DNA of 64,000 nucleotides, from contig NC_043002.1 of assembly GCF_006345805.1 (NCBI RefSeq), positions 74,338,001 to 74,402,000 of the forward strand, read 5' to 3'. The position numbers were made by a program, and so were the translations under genes. This document shows positions 28,828 to 42,990 of this stretch, in pieces. This DNA is from Octopus sinensis. Lineage: Eukaryota. A model generated the notes under the pieces. That model searched no databases. It was not told the origin of the DNA and saw only the letters and a list, made by a program, of their open reading frames with translations. Each line of letters opens with the position of its first letter. The stretch's first letter is position 1.

Positions 28828-29208
28828 ATACATTGACGCAACGAGGGAGGCTCACACAGTCGCTCGATCTGCAAGTAATAGCAACCAAATTTCCCTCAAA
28901 TCATACACCAACATCTTAACCAAAGAGAGAAACGTAAGAGCGTGTATTCCTGTATAACCATAAAAAAGACGGAATGGTCATAACTGGAATGCCTTTGATC
29001 ATAGGTTTGCTCGATAAGAGACCATCTGAGGCTAAACAACACCATGTTTATTAGTTACCTAAGTGAAACAGTAAGCCATAATATACTTGATATTTCTAAG
29101 ACGTTCTACCAAATTCTATCAGTTATGAAAATTAAGGAGAAACGTTATAGAAACTATGAGCACTGTAAGAAAATTCTGCACTGAAATCAGTCGTAAGTAC
29201 TGAAAATA

Positions 29209-29480
29209 CGAGGCCTGATCAAAAATTATCGGGACTGGTGCTACAACACGTATCAATTCGGAATTTAATCTCCTTCGAAGTTACACGCTTTGTCCAGTAT
29301 CGTTTTCATTGACGAAAGCATTCCTGAAACTCCTATTTTGGGATAGCGAGCATTCTCTTCGATTTCCTCGGTGTTTTGAAATCTTGTTCTTTTTCAGTGT
29401 GATTTGATTTTTATTTTGCTTTTGGGGTCATAACCACAGACCCACGATCCATCATCTGATATGATCATTTCCAAAAAGAT
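29209..29480 (-). mobile_element. Deleted mariner
   Basis: TIR-like TACGAGGCCTGATCAAAAATTATCGGGA. The minus strand encodes FLEMIISDDGSWVCGYDP, a decayed IITGDETWVYGYDP motif. Confidence 0.65.
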
Positions 29481-29769
29481 TTCGTCTACCTCGACACAAT
29501 CACGGAGATCCTGCGCAGCTAAAACCAGATCTTTTTTAGACGACCACACTCAACATACTTTACTTCAAAGCAATGCCATAAACTACGGAAGTGAGTGAGA
29601 ACTTAGGGTGCATGCGCGACAGAGTTCAAGTGGCTTTACTCTGCGTACTTAAGTTCTGTTACCATAGCAACATTCCCGGTACTTTTTCATCTGACCTCGT
29701 ACAAACGAAACAAATTCCATCTCTTAGACCATTTAGTACATTTACTTCATCCTGCTGTTATTTAGTTAA

Positions 29770-30170
29770 ATATACGACGACGAGCGGGCAAAATATTTAG
29801 CATTTTGTCCTTTACGTTTTGAGTTCAAATTCCGCCACGGTTGACTTTGCATTTTCATCTTTCGGGGTTGATAAAATAAGTACCAGCCGAGCACTGGGGT
29901 CGATGCAATCGACAAGCCCCTTCCCCAAGATTCCAAGCCTTGTGCCAAAACTAGAAAGAATTATTAAGTTAAACATAAAGGTGGTGAGTTCGCAGAATTG
30001 TTAGCACTCAATACATAAAATGCTTAACTGCATTTCTTCCGGCTCTTTACGTTCTGAGTTCAAATTCTACCGATTTGAAATAAGTACCAGTTGAGCACTG
30101 TGGTCAATGTAATCGTCTAGCACCCTCCCAACAAAATTTCAGGCCTTGTACCTATATCTGAAAGAATTAG
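29770..30170 (+). mobile_element. Two tandem SINE B copies
   Basis: Two successive family B bodies at about 29770-29960 and 29978-30170. Confidence 0.75.
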
Positions 30171-31187
30171 TTAAGTAGGCTATCACGGTATGAGGTCTGG
30201 TTTATTTAGTTAAGATAATTATTCTCGATAGATAACTAATTATTTATCTATGCTATTGTATGTTAGAGTACAATAGCTAAGATGCATTATAAATACCAAA
30301 CCTTACTACCTGGAATAAACAAAACTATCTACTGGTGATAAAAAGCCATAGACATCCAGGTGTACTGTATAGTCTTGCTATGAAAATATCAGGTAAGGAA
30401 TTATAATAAATATTTTAAATTGCTTTCGTTTTAGTCAGTGGCAATAAACATACCTCACAACATGAATCTTTATAGACTTTTAAAATAATCCCAAACTTAA
30501 AAACACGTCAACAATTGAAATATTTAAATAAGTAAATACATAAACAAACAAATAAATAAAACAATGAAATCTCGCACAAAAAAAATAAATAACCAAGTCT
30601 CTTGGCTTTAATTATTCAGGACACGATGTGAACACAGAAGCTATAAATCACACACACACCCTACCTTTTAACTCGAATCGTTTTATTTTACTTTTAAGTA
30701 TACCACAAAAGAAACAAATTAGCATAGACCGGAGAGATAGTGAAACATATCAGATCACAGTTATGGGAACTTAGAGGGAACAGAAAGATTATTTGCAAGG
30801 TGTTGGTGGATTTCTTAAAAAGATTCAGATTAAAACAACGTCGAAAAGAAAATTAATTCAACGATTAATACTAAGACGGCGAAATGGCAGAATCGTTGGC
30901 ACGTCGGATAAAACGCTTTGCGGCATTTCTTCCGGCTCTTTTTACATTCTGACCTCAAATCCTGCTGGTCAACTTTGCCTATCATCCCTTCGGGGTCGAT
31001 AAAATAAAGTACTAGTCAAGTAATGGGTTCAGTGTAATCGACTTGTGTCCCCCCACCTTCAAAATTGCTGGCCTTGAAGCCTGCAATGGACAGGCGTTCC
31101 GTTCAGAGGGAACGTTATCAGGTCGATCACTTAGGAAACTGGAAAACCGACCAAGGTCTAGGGCTCAACAACAACAACAACAACAAC

Positions 31188-31565
31188 AACAAGAGTACTC
31201 AGAGAGAACAAACCTCCGCCAAAGCAACACCAACGTACTCTCAACGATTAGCCGGAGATGGTCTTTAAAATGAGAATATCTGAAATAAACTCGACTGCTC
31301 TCACAAACAAGAATACTAAAAATGAACCCGACCTCTCTCAAAAGTTAAGTTAAGAAAACCGGAAAAATAATCCAGAATCCTTGATCCTTGTCCGGTACCG
31401 GATCGATCCCCAAAGATCGATCCCTTCAGTTCGTGCCAGTCACGAGGCCAAACACTCCTGAAAGTTTCATTCGATTTCATCTAGTAGTTCTTGAGATATC
31501 TTGTCCACGGACAAACAAACAAACACGACTGAAAACAATACCTCCGCCTTCGCTAAGGCGGAGGT
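31188..31565 (+). mobile_element. Helentron-associated (HINE-like) non-autonomous element
   Basis: Subterminal ACCTCCGCC at the 5' end, a short (CAAA)n, and a perfect terminal hairpin ACCTCCGCCTT-CGCT-AAGGCGGAGGT at 31540-31565. Confidence 0.6.
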
Positions 31566-31599
31566 AATAATAATAATAATGATAATTTTTCCTTTTACT

Positions 31600-31760
31600 C
31601 TCTGTCTTCCTCTTTTTCTCTATCACATTACTCTGTAAATGAACAATCTGATGTGTTTGCTTTAATGGCCTACCAATGTATACAGTGCATTTCTCTACCC
31701 TAGGTGTCAGGAAGACACTCGGTAAGAAATAGAAACAGAATTGAAAGAAGATGCTAATGG
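31600..31760 (+). mobile_element. 3' UTR fragment homologous to the R4/Dong-like end at 2030-2125
   Basis: Shared TTTAATGGCCTACCAATGTATAC..CCCTAGG.GTC.GGAAGACACTCGG.AAGAAA. Confidence 0.65.
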
Positions 31761-31789
31761 AAATAACAACAACAACAATAACAATAGTT

Positions 31790-32208
31790 TCAAATTTTGG
31801 TACAAAGCCAGCAGATTTGGGGGAAGGGCTAAGTCGATTACATCGACTGGTACTTATTTTATCGATCCCGAAAGGATGAGAGGCAAAGTCGACCTCAGCA
31901 GAATTTTAACTCATAACGTAAAGACGGACGAAATGTCACCAAGCATTCTGCCCAGCTTGCTAAACCATTTTGCCAGCTCGCCACCTTAAAAAAAAAAGGT
32001 CGTTTCTGTTATAGGCACAAGGCCTGAAATTTTGGGGGAGACGGTAAGTCGATTACATTGACCTCAGTACTGAAGTGGTATCTTTTTATCGACCCCAAAA
32101 GGATGAAAGGTAGAGTCGGCTCCGACAGAACTTGAACTCAGAACGTAAAGCGGGACGAAATGTCGCTAAGAATTTTGTCGGCGTGCCAACGATTCTGTCA
32201 GCTTGCCG

Positions 32209-32212
<4 letters not shown>
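31790..32212 (-). mobile_element. Two tandem SINE B copies
   Basis: Family B bodies at about 31790-31987 and 32000-32212. Confidence 0.75.
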
Positions 32213-32240
<28 letters not shown>

Positions 32241-32793
32241 CCCAGATGCAGTACCAGGCAGTGGCTCTCATGGCTTCTGATCTTAACTGATTGGAAGTGT
32301 TATCATGTACATTGTTTTGTCTTGGTATAAAAGATGGGCTACAGCAAATATTCTGCTCAATACCACAGATTTGCTTGTCAGTTGTTTGACCTTAACCAGT
32401 TGAGCATGTCCCTTAGTGGCTGATGATATGTGCATCTCTGATCACGAGCAGAAGTAGTGGGGGAGCATCATAGCCATGTGTTGAGAAGGATTCTTTGGGG
32501 TTTGAATAATTCACCTCTGGAAACATGGGTGTTTCGTTCAACGTCCTTAAACAACCCTTATTCAGGGACCATTTGAGCAGGATGGGTTACTCGATCTGAA
32601 GAAAATTCTAACTGGGCTCCACCTGCAAGGTCATGTGCTGTTTATCTTGATATGAGATCACCATATCGCGCACATATGGTTGTGATGCATGTGCCTGGTG
32701 TACCCTTATCAGACGGGTAGTCATGATGGGTATACTGGGCTTCGTATATTTTACCCCAGTGTCACTTTGATGGCATGCTCTGCTCGCTCACTC
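32241..32793. mobile_element. Interspersed repeat family E, about 550 bp, embedded in (AAT)n
   Basis: Highly similar to 45701-46220 and 57105-57320. (AAT)n on both sides. Confidence 0.85.
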
Positions 32794-32849
<56 letters not shown>

Positions 32850-33886
32850 ATTAACAGTAAGATTTTTAAGAATCCTTTCTAAACAAGTGGTTCCAGGCAA
32901 TACGTAGTTCTAAATACATTTTTAAAAAATCATTTTCCCACCAAAGTTTCTTTTTTTTTCTTTTCTTACCATTTTTTGTTTTCGTTTTCGGTTTTTTTAA
33001 AAAATTTTTGCAACGTCAGAGAAATACTAATTCAAGAAATAGCATGAAATCAACTCAAAGTCTTTAACCAAGTGCTTTCGGGTTCCGTCCCGCTACATGT
33101 CACCTTGGGCAAGTGTCTTCTACTATAATCTCGGATCGAACAATGACTCGTGAGTGCATTTCGGACTGGGTAGCGCATTGTGTTATTAAGCAAAGCAAGG
33201 CACTCTATTTCACACTGCTTCAGTCAATTCGGCAGAACAGAAGAACCATCAACAGATGACGTGCGGTGGGTGTTTGACCTTGCCACGGACTGACTCCCGT
33301 TCAGAAGAGAGTCTTGTCAGTCAAACACCGTAGAAACCGATGTAAGCTCCAGCCTAATCTGTCTGGAGGCTTGAGACAGACTTTCACTTAACAACAACGA
33401 CAACCCAAATAATATTCTTTCTAATTTTGGTACAAGGCCAGCAATTTTATGTATATATGTAATACAAACATACATACATACATACATACATACATACATA
33501 CATACATACATACATACATACACACATACATACATTCGATGTGATGAGGGCATCATTTCTTTGATCCCGGAGTCTCCAGATGAATGGGATCAAGGAGACG
33601 CAGCAAATATTGCCAAAGCTCGCTGTGTTCACCAACAGAAAAACCAACCAATCACTTCGATGCATACAAACAAACGTCCTGTTACTTCAAACCATTGTTC
33701 ACTTACACCCCTCGAAACTCCACATGCAAATGCAAAGGCAATAATAGCATGATGGACAACTACTTTCTCATTGTGCTGTTATTATTGCCCTTGCATCAAG
33801 CACTAGTACTACCTGTCATTGCAAAGAGTGACAAAATGAGTTACCCAAAATACTAAGTAGCCTAACACTACTAGACTGTTCATCTT

Positions 33887-34353
33887 ATTTCTTTATTGCC
33901 CACAAGGAGCTAAACACAGAGGAGACAAACAAGGACAGACAAACGGATTAAGTCGATTACATCGACCCCAGTGCGTAACTAGTACTTATTTAATCGACCC
34001 CGAAAGGATGAAAGGCAAAGTCGACCTCGGTGGAATTTGAACTCAGAACGTAGCGGCAGACGAAATACCGCTAGGCATTTCGCCCGGCGCGCTAACGTTT
34101 CTGCCAGCTCGCCGCCTTTAATTATATATATTTCTTTACTACACGCAAGGGGCTAAATACAGAGGGGACAAACAAGGACAGACAAACGGATTAAGTCGAT
34201 TATATCGACCCCAGTGCGTAACTGGTACTTATTTAATCGACCCCGAAAGGATGAAAGGCAAAGTCGACCTCGGCGGAATTTGAACTCAGAACGTAGCGGC
34301 AGACGAAATACCGCTAAGCATTTCGCCCGGCGTGTTAACGTTTCTGCCAGCTC
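33887..34353 (-). mobile_element. SINE B dimer flanked by a 13-bp target-site duplication
   Basis: GACTGTTCATCTT at 33874-33886 and 34354-34366. Confidence 0.85.
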
Positions 34354-34699
34354 GACTGTTCATCTTGCCACATGGAACAAAACCAGCAGAAAAACATATC
34401 CATCTGCTGTCACAGACCAGCCAGCATCTGCGCGTGGTAGATGTTCGCTCTATCATGTAAAAGACCAAGCTAGAACAACTGCTGCCATTAACATATCAGC
34501 GGCAACGAAACTGACCAATGGAGATTATTCTAATTGGAAGCCATATTTTTGTCTCCTTCCCCTTTGACTCATATATTTAAATTCTATAAGTGTTCAGTTG
34601 TGTGTGTGTATGTATGTATGTATGTATGTATGTAAGTATGTGTATATATATATATTTATATATATATATATATATAAAATATACATATGTGTATATATG

Positions 34700-34897
34700 T
34701 CCGGCTTTCGCCATGATAGATCGCTAGCCACTACACATTCTTTATTTTCTCTCCTTGTTTCTTTCTGTGTTCCTTTCTGTGGAAGAGCGTAGGCTCGAAA
34801 CGTTAAAGACTTTTTCACTTCCCCCGAGCGTTATACTAATACATCTGTTTGTTGCCTACACCACCTGTCTTCGTCTTGTTTTTTTTTTGCGAATTCT

Positions 34898-34901
<4 letters not shown>
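34700..34901 (+). mobile_element. Probable PLE pLTR relic between (TA)n tracts, with an HHR-like motif at 34773-34808
   Basis: CTTT-CTGTGGAA-GAGC gtag GCTC-GAAA-CG-TT-AAAG. A related 3' piece lies at about 24920-24980, also between (TA)n. Confidence 0.55.
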
Positions 34902-34970
<69 letters not shown>

Positions 34971-35761
34971 TTGGGTGTATGTATAATACACACACACACA
35001 CACACACACACAAAGACACATAATTTTTGAAGTGGAAAACATATCAGTCGCTATTCGAAGCACCAGGGTAACATCTAGATTCATTTACATTCAAAAGTAA
35101 AATACATATACATCTATTTCGGTGGGCGGGGTGGGTGTGCGTTGCCCACCCGTTTTTGAGGGCATATTTGTGCTTGTGCGTGGAGATTACAAATATAGAT
35201 CATATTAAACATTTATGAATTCTAATTTAAGACACAAAAGAGAACAGACCGTCCTCTACGCACACACATGTTTGTATGTATGTATGTATGTATGTATGTA
35301 TGTATGTATGTATGTATGTATGTATGTATGTATGTATGTGTATGGGGTGCGGTGCAGAGGTGTATGTCTTGTTTATTAACAAGCCGGCAGCTGTTTGTCA
35401 TTTAAGCACCGCAGAGTAACACGCTAGTTAGTAGAACAGGTTAATACTATATTCTGTATGTAAAAGACAATTAATTATTTAACAAAGCGAAACATTAATT
35501 ATGTTTAATACGTAACAACCGACAATATTTCTGTCTGTCTCTTTGTTTATTTACTTTTGCGGAATAATGGGAGAAATTATTTAATGTGTCTAAACAAGAT
35601 TCCGGCGTGGTTAAGAAGCCCGCTTTGTAACCTCATGGTATCAGGTTCAATACCACTGCTCGGCATTTTGGGCGAGTGTCTACTATAGCATCGGAAACTG
35701 TATGGAAACTCATTGGGTGTATGTGTATATATATGCACACGCACATATATATGCATATATA

Positions 35762-35849
<88 letters not shown>

Positions 35850-35850
<1 letters not shown>

Positions 35851-36305
35851 TATATATTCTTTTACTTGCTTCAGTCATTTGACTGTGGCCATATTGAAGC
35901 GCCGCCTTTTAGTCGAAGACATCGACTTATTCTTTGTAAGCCTGGTGCTTATTCTATCGGTTCATTCTGCCAAACCGCTAAGTTACGGGGACGTAAGCAT
36001 ATCAATATCGGTTGTCAAGCGATGGTTGGAAGCACAAACACAAACACACAATCATAAACATATATATACATACGTACATACATACATACATACATACATA
36101 CATCATACATACATACATACATACATACATACATACATACATGTATGTATACGACAGGCTTCTTTCAGTTTTCGCGTACCAGATCCACTCACAGGGCTTT
36201 GAGGCTATAGTAGAAGACACTTGCCCAAGGTGTCGCGCAGCGGGACTGAACCCGGAGCCATGTAGTTGTGAAGCAAGCTTTTTACCACACAGCCACGCCT
36301 GCGCC
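35850..36305 (-). mobile_element. SINE family A
   Basis: Full layout on the minus strand. Confidence 0.85.
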
Positions 36306-36607
36306 TATAGCAACCTTCTTACCACAGTGTGTGTGTGTGTGTGTGGTGTGTGTGTGTGTGTGCGTGTGCGTGTGCGTGAGTGTGAGTGTGTGAATGTCTT
36401 TGTGTCTGTGTTTGTTCCACCACCACCACCTCTTGATAACCAGTTATATCTGTTTACATGCCAGTAGCTTAGTAGTATAAGTACAAGACTTCAGCAACAA
36501 ATTAGTACTAGTAGCGATTTGTTCGAATATAAAAGCTTCATGGCGGTGCCCCAGCATGACCGTAGGCCAATGATCGAAAAAAATTTTTTTTTAATGTTTT
36601 AAATACA

Positions 36608-37117
<510 letters not shown>

Positions 37118-38604
37118 CAAATATATGGAAGGTTTGGAAGGGATAACATTAAGATGAATCGTTATGGGAATACGAACTGTTCGTTATGGGAATACGAACT
37201 GTTCGTTATCGGAAACCGGCGCCAGCGATCTTTACTCCTCGGAGCCTGTCACTTCCTTCACACCTATCGCCTATAAAAATATAAGCTTCATTAAAGGCTG
37301 TAATCAGTTCGTATGAGTATCTGACACAGGCTCTGGCAACTTCAGACCTGAATACACGTTGATACATTGTTTAAGTACATAATTCCTTTGATTTCAGGTT
37401 AATGCAACGTCAAACACAACTTGGTCTTATCTTGGCTTTTAATAATATATCCATCTGCAAGTTTGTAAAGGAGTTGAACGCTGGTACATATGTTCGTATC
37501 TAGGCGACGTTAAAGTAATCGGGGTTGTGTTAAGACATTCTTAACTCACCCGATGGTTGTCAACGACAACGAAACATTTACTGCAGGTGAATTAACTTGA
37601 GTTCGGGAATTACTCGTACAATAGTTGTCATCAATTCGTGGAATATAGAGAAATATCGCAACACACATAAATAAATAAATAAATAAATAGATAAATAAAT
37701 AAATAAAAATTAAAATCAACAAGACCAAAGTCACACAAATTTTGAATAGTACTTTTTCAAAAATAAATTACTATGCGTGAAAAGGAAATGTACTTGAGTT
37801 CCCGAAAATGCCCGGTATGACCCGAATATATTACCCCATGAGACGGTTATGCCTATGTGGGTTTTGTTGTTACACGTATCACATTCTTAATGACTCGGTT
37901 ACGGCGAGTTTTATCATGCATCAGGTCACAGGTACGCAAACCAAGTCCTTCTTTACACGAAGGAACAGTCAAGTACAGCAAACGAACGAAACACTCCACT
38001 GTTTTAGAAAACTGATCTTTCTGATATCACACACACACACACACGTTGACTCTCACACAAAACACGCTATCACAACTCATTGAGTGAGAATGACTTCATT
38101 GAACACTTCCTCTCCTTCTAACTTATGTTCACAACAGAGATATCGAACACACAATACGGCCAGCCGTCAAAGCACTCGTCAGCTTCACAGTGCTCCTACT
38201 GCCAACGAGTATATTCTCAAGTAGTATATCTACTAATGCATTGGAACTATCGAGAATTAAGTATCTAGACCATGAAGACAACACAAGCAACAAGTTAGCT
38301 ACTCCCAACCCCATTGTGCTCTCTATTCGTCCACACATAATTACCCACTTCCCACAAAATTTCAGGTTCTGTACCTACTGTAGAAAGAATTATAGGGCAG
38401 CGAGCTGGTGAAATCGTTACCGTGCCGGACAAAACATTTAGTAGCATTTCTTCCAGTTTTACAATGAGCTACCGAGGCTAACTTTGCCTTTCATCTTTGA
38501 GGAGGTCCATGAAATAAGTACCAGTAATCGACAAGTTGTTCCCTACACAACTTCACATCTTGTGCCTATAGTATTATTGGAGAAAATAATAAAAAAATTA
38601 CGAG

Positions 38605-38995
38605 CAGGAGTGGCTGTGTGGTATGTAGCTTGCTTGCCAACCACATGGTTCCGGGTTCAGTTCTACTGCGTGGCACCTTGGGCAAGTGTCTTCTACTATA
38701 GCATCGGGCCGACCAAAGCCTTGTGAGTGGATATGGCAGACGGAAACTGAAGGAAGCCCGTCGTATATATGTATATGTATATATGTGTGTTTTTGTGTGT
38801 CTAGGTTTGCCCCCCCCCCACATCACTTGACAACCGACGCTGGCGTATTTACGTCCCCGTAACTTAGTGGTTCGGCAAAAGAAATCGATAGAATAAGTAC
38901 TAGGCTTACAATGAATAAGTCCTGGGGTCGATTTGCTCGACTAAAGGCGGTGCTTCAGCATGGCCGCAGTCAAATGACTGAAACATGTAAAAGAG
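38605..38995 (+). mobile_element. SINE family A
   Basis: Full layout. Confidence 0.88.
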
Positions 38996-39127
38996 CTTTT
39001 AAGGGTTGAAACTTTTGATAATTTTAACCAATGAAATTTATCAGTTTTCAACATCCTATCCTTCAGACTATGTTCTCCGTATATTTGTAAATGTTCTCAT
39101 ATCAACCAATTGCAACCATATTACGTT

Positions 39128-39187
39128 TAGGGTTAGGGTTAGAGTTAAGGTTTAGAGTTTAGTTTAGGGCTTAGGGTTAGGTTTAGG
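39128..39187 (+). repeat. Degenerate (TTAGGG)n-like tract
   Basis: TTAGGGTTAGGGTTAGAGTTAAGG...TTAGGGCTTAGGGTTAGG. Confidence 0.7.
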
Positions 39188-39384
39188 CTTGGAGCTTGTA
39201 GTGCATCCCAAAATTTCATTATAAACAACTTTCTTCCATTTCCCTTCATTAAATACCTTTATCTTTAAAATCTATTTAAAAACATTTCTATTGTCTTATT
39301 ATCAATTTCTCCCAAAATAAATCGTTGTGACAGTCGTAGATACGTTTCAAAAAAGAAAAAAAAGAGAATACGAGACTTTCCATA

Positions 39385-39822
39385 ATATTGGTTTAAGGCC
39401 AGCAAGTTCGGGGGAGGGAGTAAGTCGATTACACCGACCGCAGTGCTCAACTGGTAGTTATTTCATCAACCTCGCAAGCATGAAAGGCGAAGTCGACTTC
39501 GGCAGAATGTGAACGTGTGAATGTAAAGACAGACGATATGTCGCTAAGCATTTTGCCCGACGTGCTAACGATTCTGCTGCTCACCACTTTGACATTGACC
39601 ATAATATCCTTTGTACTAAATGCACAAGCACCTGAAATTTTGCGAAGGAGTATAGTCGACTACACCGACCCCAGTGTTTCACTGGTACTTAATTTATCGA
39701 CCCCGAAAGCATGAAAGGCAAAGTCGACCCCGGTGGCATTTGAACTCAGAATGTGAAGACAGATGAAATACTGCCAAGCATTTCGTCTGGCGTGCTAACG
39801 TTTCTGTCAGCTCGCCGCCTTA
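39385..39822 (-). mobile_element. Two tandem SINE B copies
   Basis: Family B bodies at about 39385-39590 and 39605-39822. Confidence 0.8.
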
Positions 39823-41530
39823 ACATTGATCATAATACCGCCATGGAGTGAATGAAGAGAAAGCATGAATTTTATTTGCTAAAATTACAACAAAATGTCA
39901 GTCTAAAGGTTTGCAAATTTATTAGTAATTTCTTTAAAGATAATTGTGACTTTCGCAATAACATGAAAAACGGTCCTTCGCAAATATATATATATATATA
40001 TATATAATATATATATATATATTATATATATATATATATGTGTGTATGTGTGTATCTTAGTGTTTGTCCCCACCACCACTTGATAACCGCTGTTGGTGTG
40101 TTTACGTCCCCGTAACTTAGCGGTCCCGCAAAACAGTCCGGTAGAATAAGTATTAGTTTTGAAAAAAGTAAGTACAGGAGTCGATTCATTCGACTAAAAC
40201 AAATTCTTCAATGCAGTGTCCCAACAGGGCCGCATTCTAATAAAGATAAGGGATAAAAGATATCAGACAACTTCATCCAATGTACCCTTATTTTAGAAGA
40301 TAGGGTATGATCTGAAAGAGATTTGGTCTGTATTTCTAGCATATTGAATAACAGAACAAAAGATGCATGGGCAATATTTTACGAGACATAGCTCATCAGC
40401 AGGCTGGCCGCACTACTAAAAACAAATTCAAAGCTATTTTTCGTTAGGTGTACCATTCAGAAACTCCCGCGGACCGCAGTTAGCCCACGACTGGTGTAAA
40501 AGCTCCTTCGTTGATTCGTAAAATAGAGAGTTTGGCGAGGTACCGTACTAGGCAGCGTACCAGTTTCATAGCTCCCTTCACACGTACAACATTTGATTGT
40601 TGTATAGCTATTGTTCATTTACTCAAAAGTTGTTCCGCGGGTTGTTTTCGCTTTCTTCGCATTTTTGTTTATCTATTTTGTTCATTTAAGTTTTTTTTCT
40701 TTTGTTTTCGTAAATGTGTGTTCATAATAAGATAAAGGTCAAGATGTTTGATTCCATCGATAGGAAATTACCCAGCCACGAAATGCGAGGATTTTTCGAT
40801 CTACTATAGAACACGATACAATATATGGATAGAATGTCAGGTACAGAGTATACTCCCCCTCCTTCTCCTTATCATCATCATCATCATCATCATCATCATC
40901 GTCATCGTCATCGTCATCATCATCATCGTCAATATGGTCAGATTGCATATTTGTGCTTTACCAATTAAACTCCCAGATTGGAATAGGCATTGGATCTCAC
41001 TAAAATCTCATGTACTAATCTCGCATAAACGTGTAGCTTCATGCTTAAGTAATGATAGCAGCGTTAGAGAAGTGCGATGTTGCGCAAGCCTAACAGATTG
41101 TTCGATCGCAGTTTCGAATCCCGTTGCAAACTTTGCGACGTGTCGTCCCTTGGCAGTACACATAATCTTGCAAGCTTAATGTGAATCCCAAAGAAATTAT
41201 TATACGGCAGGTAACCTTGGAAGTATACTTTTGTCACTATGGGTAACGTAAGAAAATATACTATACTATACTGTACTATACTATACTATACTAAACTATA
41301 CTATACTATACTACATACATACATACATACATACATACATACATACATACATACATACATACATACATACATACATACATACATACATACAACAATTATA
41401 ATTTAACTGTCATCATATATCTTGGAGCTTATACAAAATTACGAAAGAATACTGGTTGCAAAGGAAAAATATTTACTACTTTAAAATATAGTTACCGTAC
41501 TTGATGACACATGTAAAGCACTTTTACTAT

Positions 41531-42216
41531 CAGTGGCAGCTAGTAGATAAAATTAGTGGGGGTGCTGCGTCAGAAAATTTTTAGCCGTTGTTTTAATAGT
41601 GTGTAAAAGGAAACAAACATATAAAAAGAAAATTTATACATAAACTTGACTGGTTCGCGTTTTAGCTACTGCCGGGTAATGTGTTTAATTTGTTCACTGA
41701 ACATCGCCGCGAATTCCCCCTTGTTTTTCAAAAATCACCCCTAAATCACAAAATAAGGGGGCGCGGAATGAGCCCTATTTTTCAAATCCTGGCAGCAACA
41801 TGAAGCTGGAAGCAGGATAATAATCTAATTCTGCAATTTATCACATTCAAGTATATAAACACGTTTTTAAGCACAACACACGCGGAGTAAAAAAGAAACA
41901 CTACCTTTCACCGGCACTGCATGAACAACAATGCTGTCTCTCCCTAGCGTGAAGCTTCCTATTTTGGACATGCGCACAACAGCCAAACACCGCATCGCTG
42001 GAACTGAGAAGTGCACAGTTCTGTACAAGGATTTTTGTATTTTTTTTCATAAACTAGGGGATGGCTACTGACATTAAGCTTAAGGGTTATATAATGTACT
42101 ACTATAAAGAAAGAATTAAAGCGTAAAAGGACTCATTATATTGAATGTTATTGATAATATCGAGTGCAGATAGGGGGTTCTGCAGTTCTGCAGTGCCTAT
42201 ACACGAGCCGCCACTG
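41531..42216. mobile_element. Non-autonomous hAT transposon, 686 bp, with 8-bp TSD
   Basis: TIRs CAGTGGCAGCTAGT and ACGAGCCGCCACTG. TTTACTAT at 41523-41530 and 42217-42224. Confidence 0.85.
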
Positions 42217-42599
42217 TTTACTATATTACTCATAATCATAATCTTTCAAAAAAATTTGCTCCTTCCATTGGAAAGTTGGACCTACCATAACTTTTAATGT
42301 GCTAAAAACTTTTGTACCCGAATACCTGCTGCTCAAAATTAGTGTCTTCTAATATGCCTTGTACGTCTTTTATGCCATCAAATACGTTAAGTAAAACAAA
42401 TTTCTTATTTGTATTACTCCTCTCAAAACTACACATTTACTCCCTCTCCCTCTCCCACTTTGACTCTCTCGCTATGTGTGTGTTAGTAGCGTTCTATTAC
42501 TCATTGCCTGTCACAAAGCCTAGCATGTGCACTCATCCTGCACCTCTATGTGAACTCTCACTGTATCTCCCTTCTCCCTCTCTCTCTCTCCTCTCTCTC

Positions 42600-42698
<99 letters not shown>

Positions 42699-42959
42699 AT
42701 GGTAAAGCGTGACTGTAAACTTAACCAACCAACCAACCTTCCAACATTTACACCAGCTATTATTTATAGAAATACATAAAAGTAGATGAGATGTTAGACT
42801 GCCTTGCATTGTTTCTGACCATCTCCGTTAGGAGTTCCATTACTCACCGGGATGGACTTTGATGGATAATGTGTGTCATGCAATTAATAGATGTTTATAT
42901 GCATGCTTATGTATGTATGTATGTATGTATGTATGTATGTATGTATGTATGTATGTATG

Positions 42960-42990
<31 letters not shown>

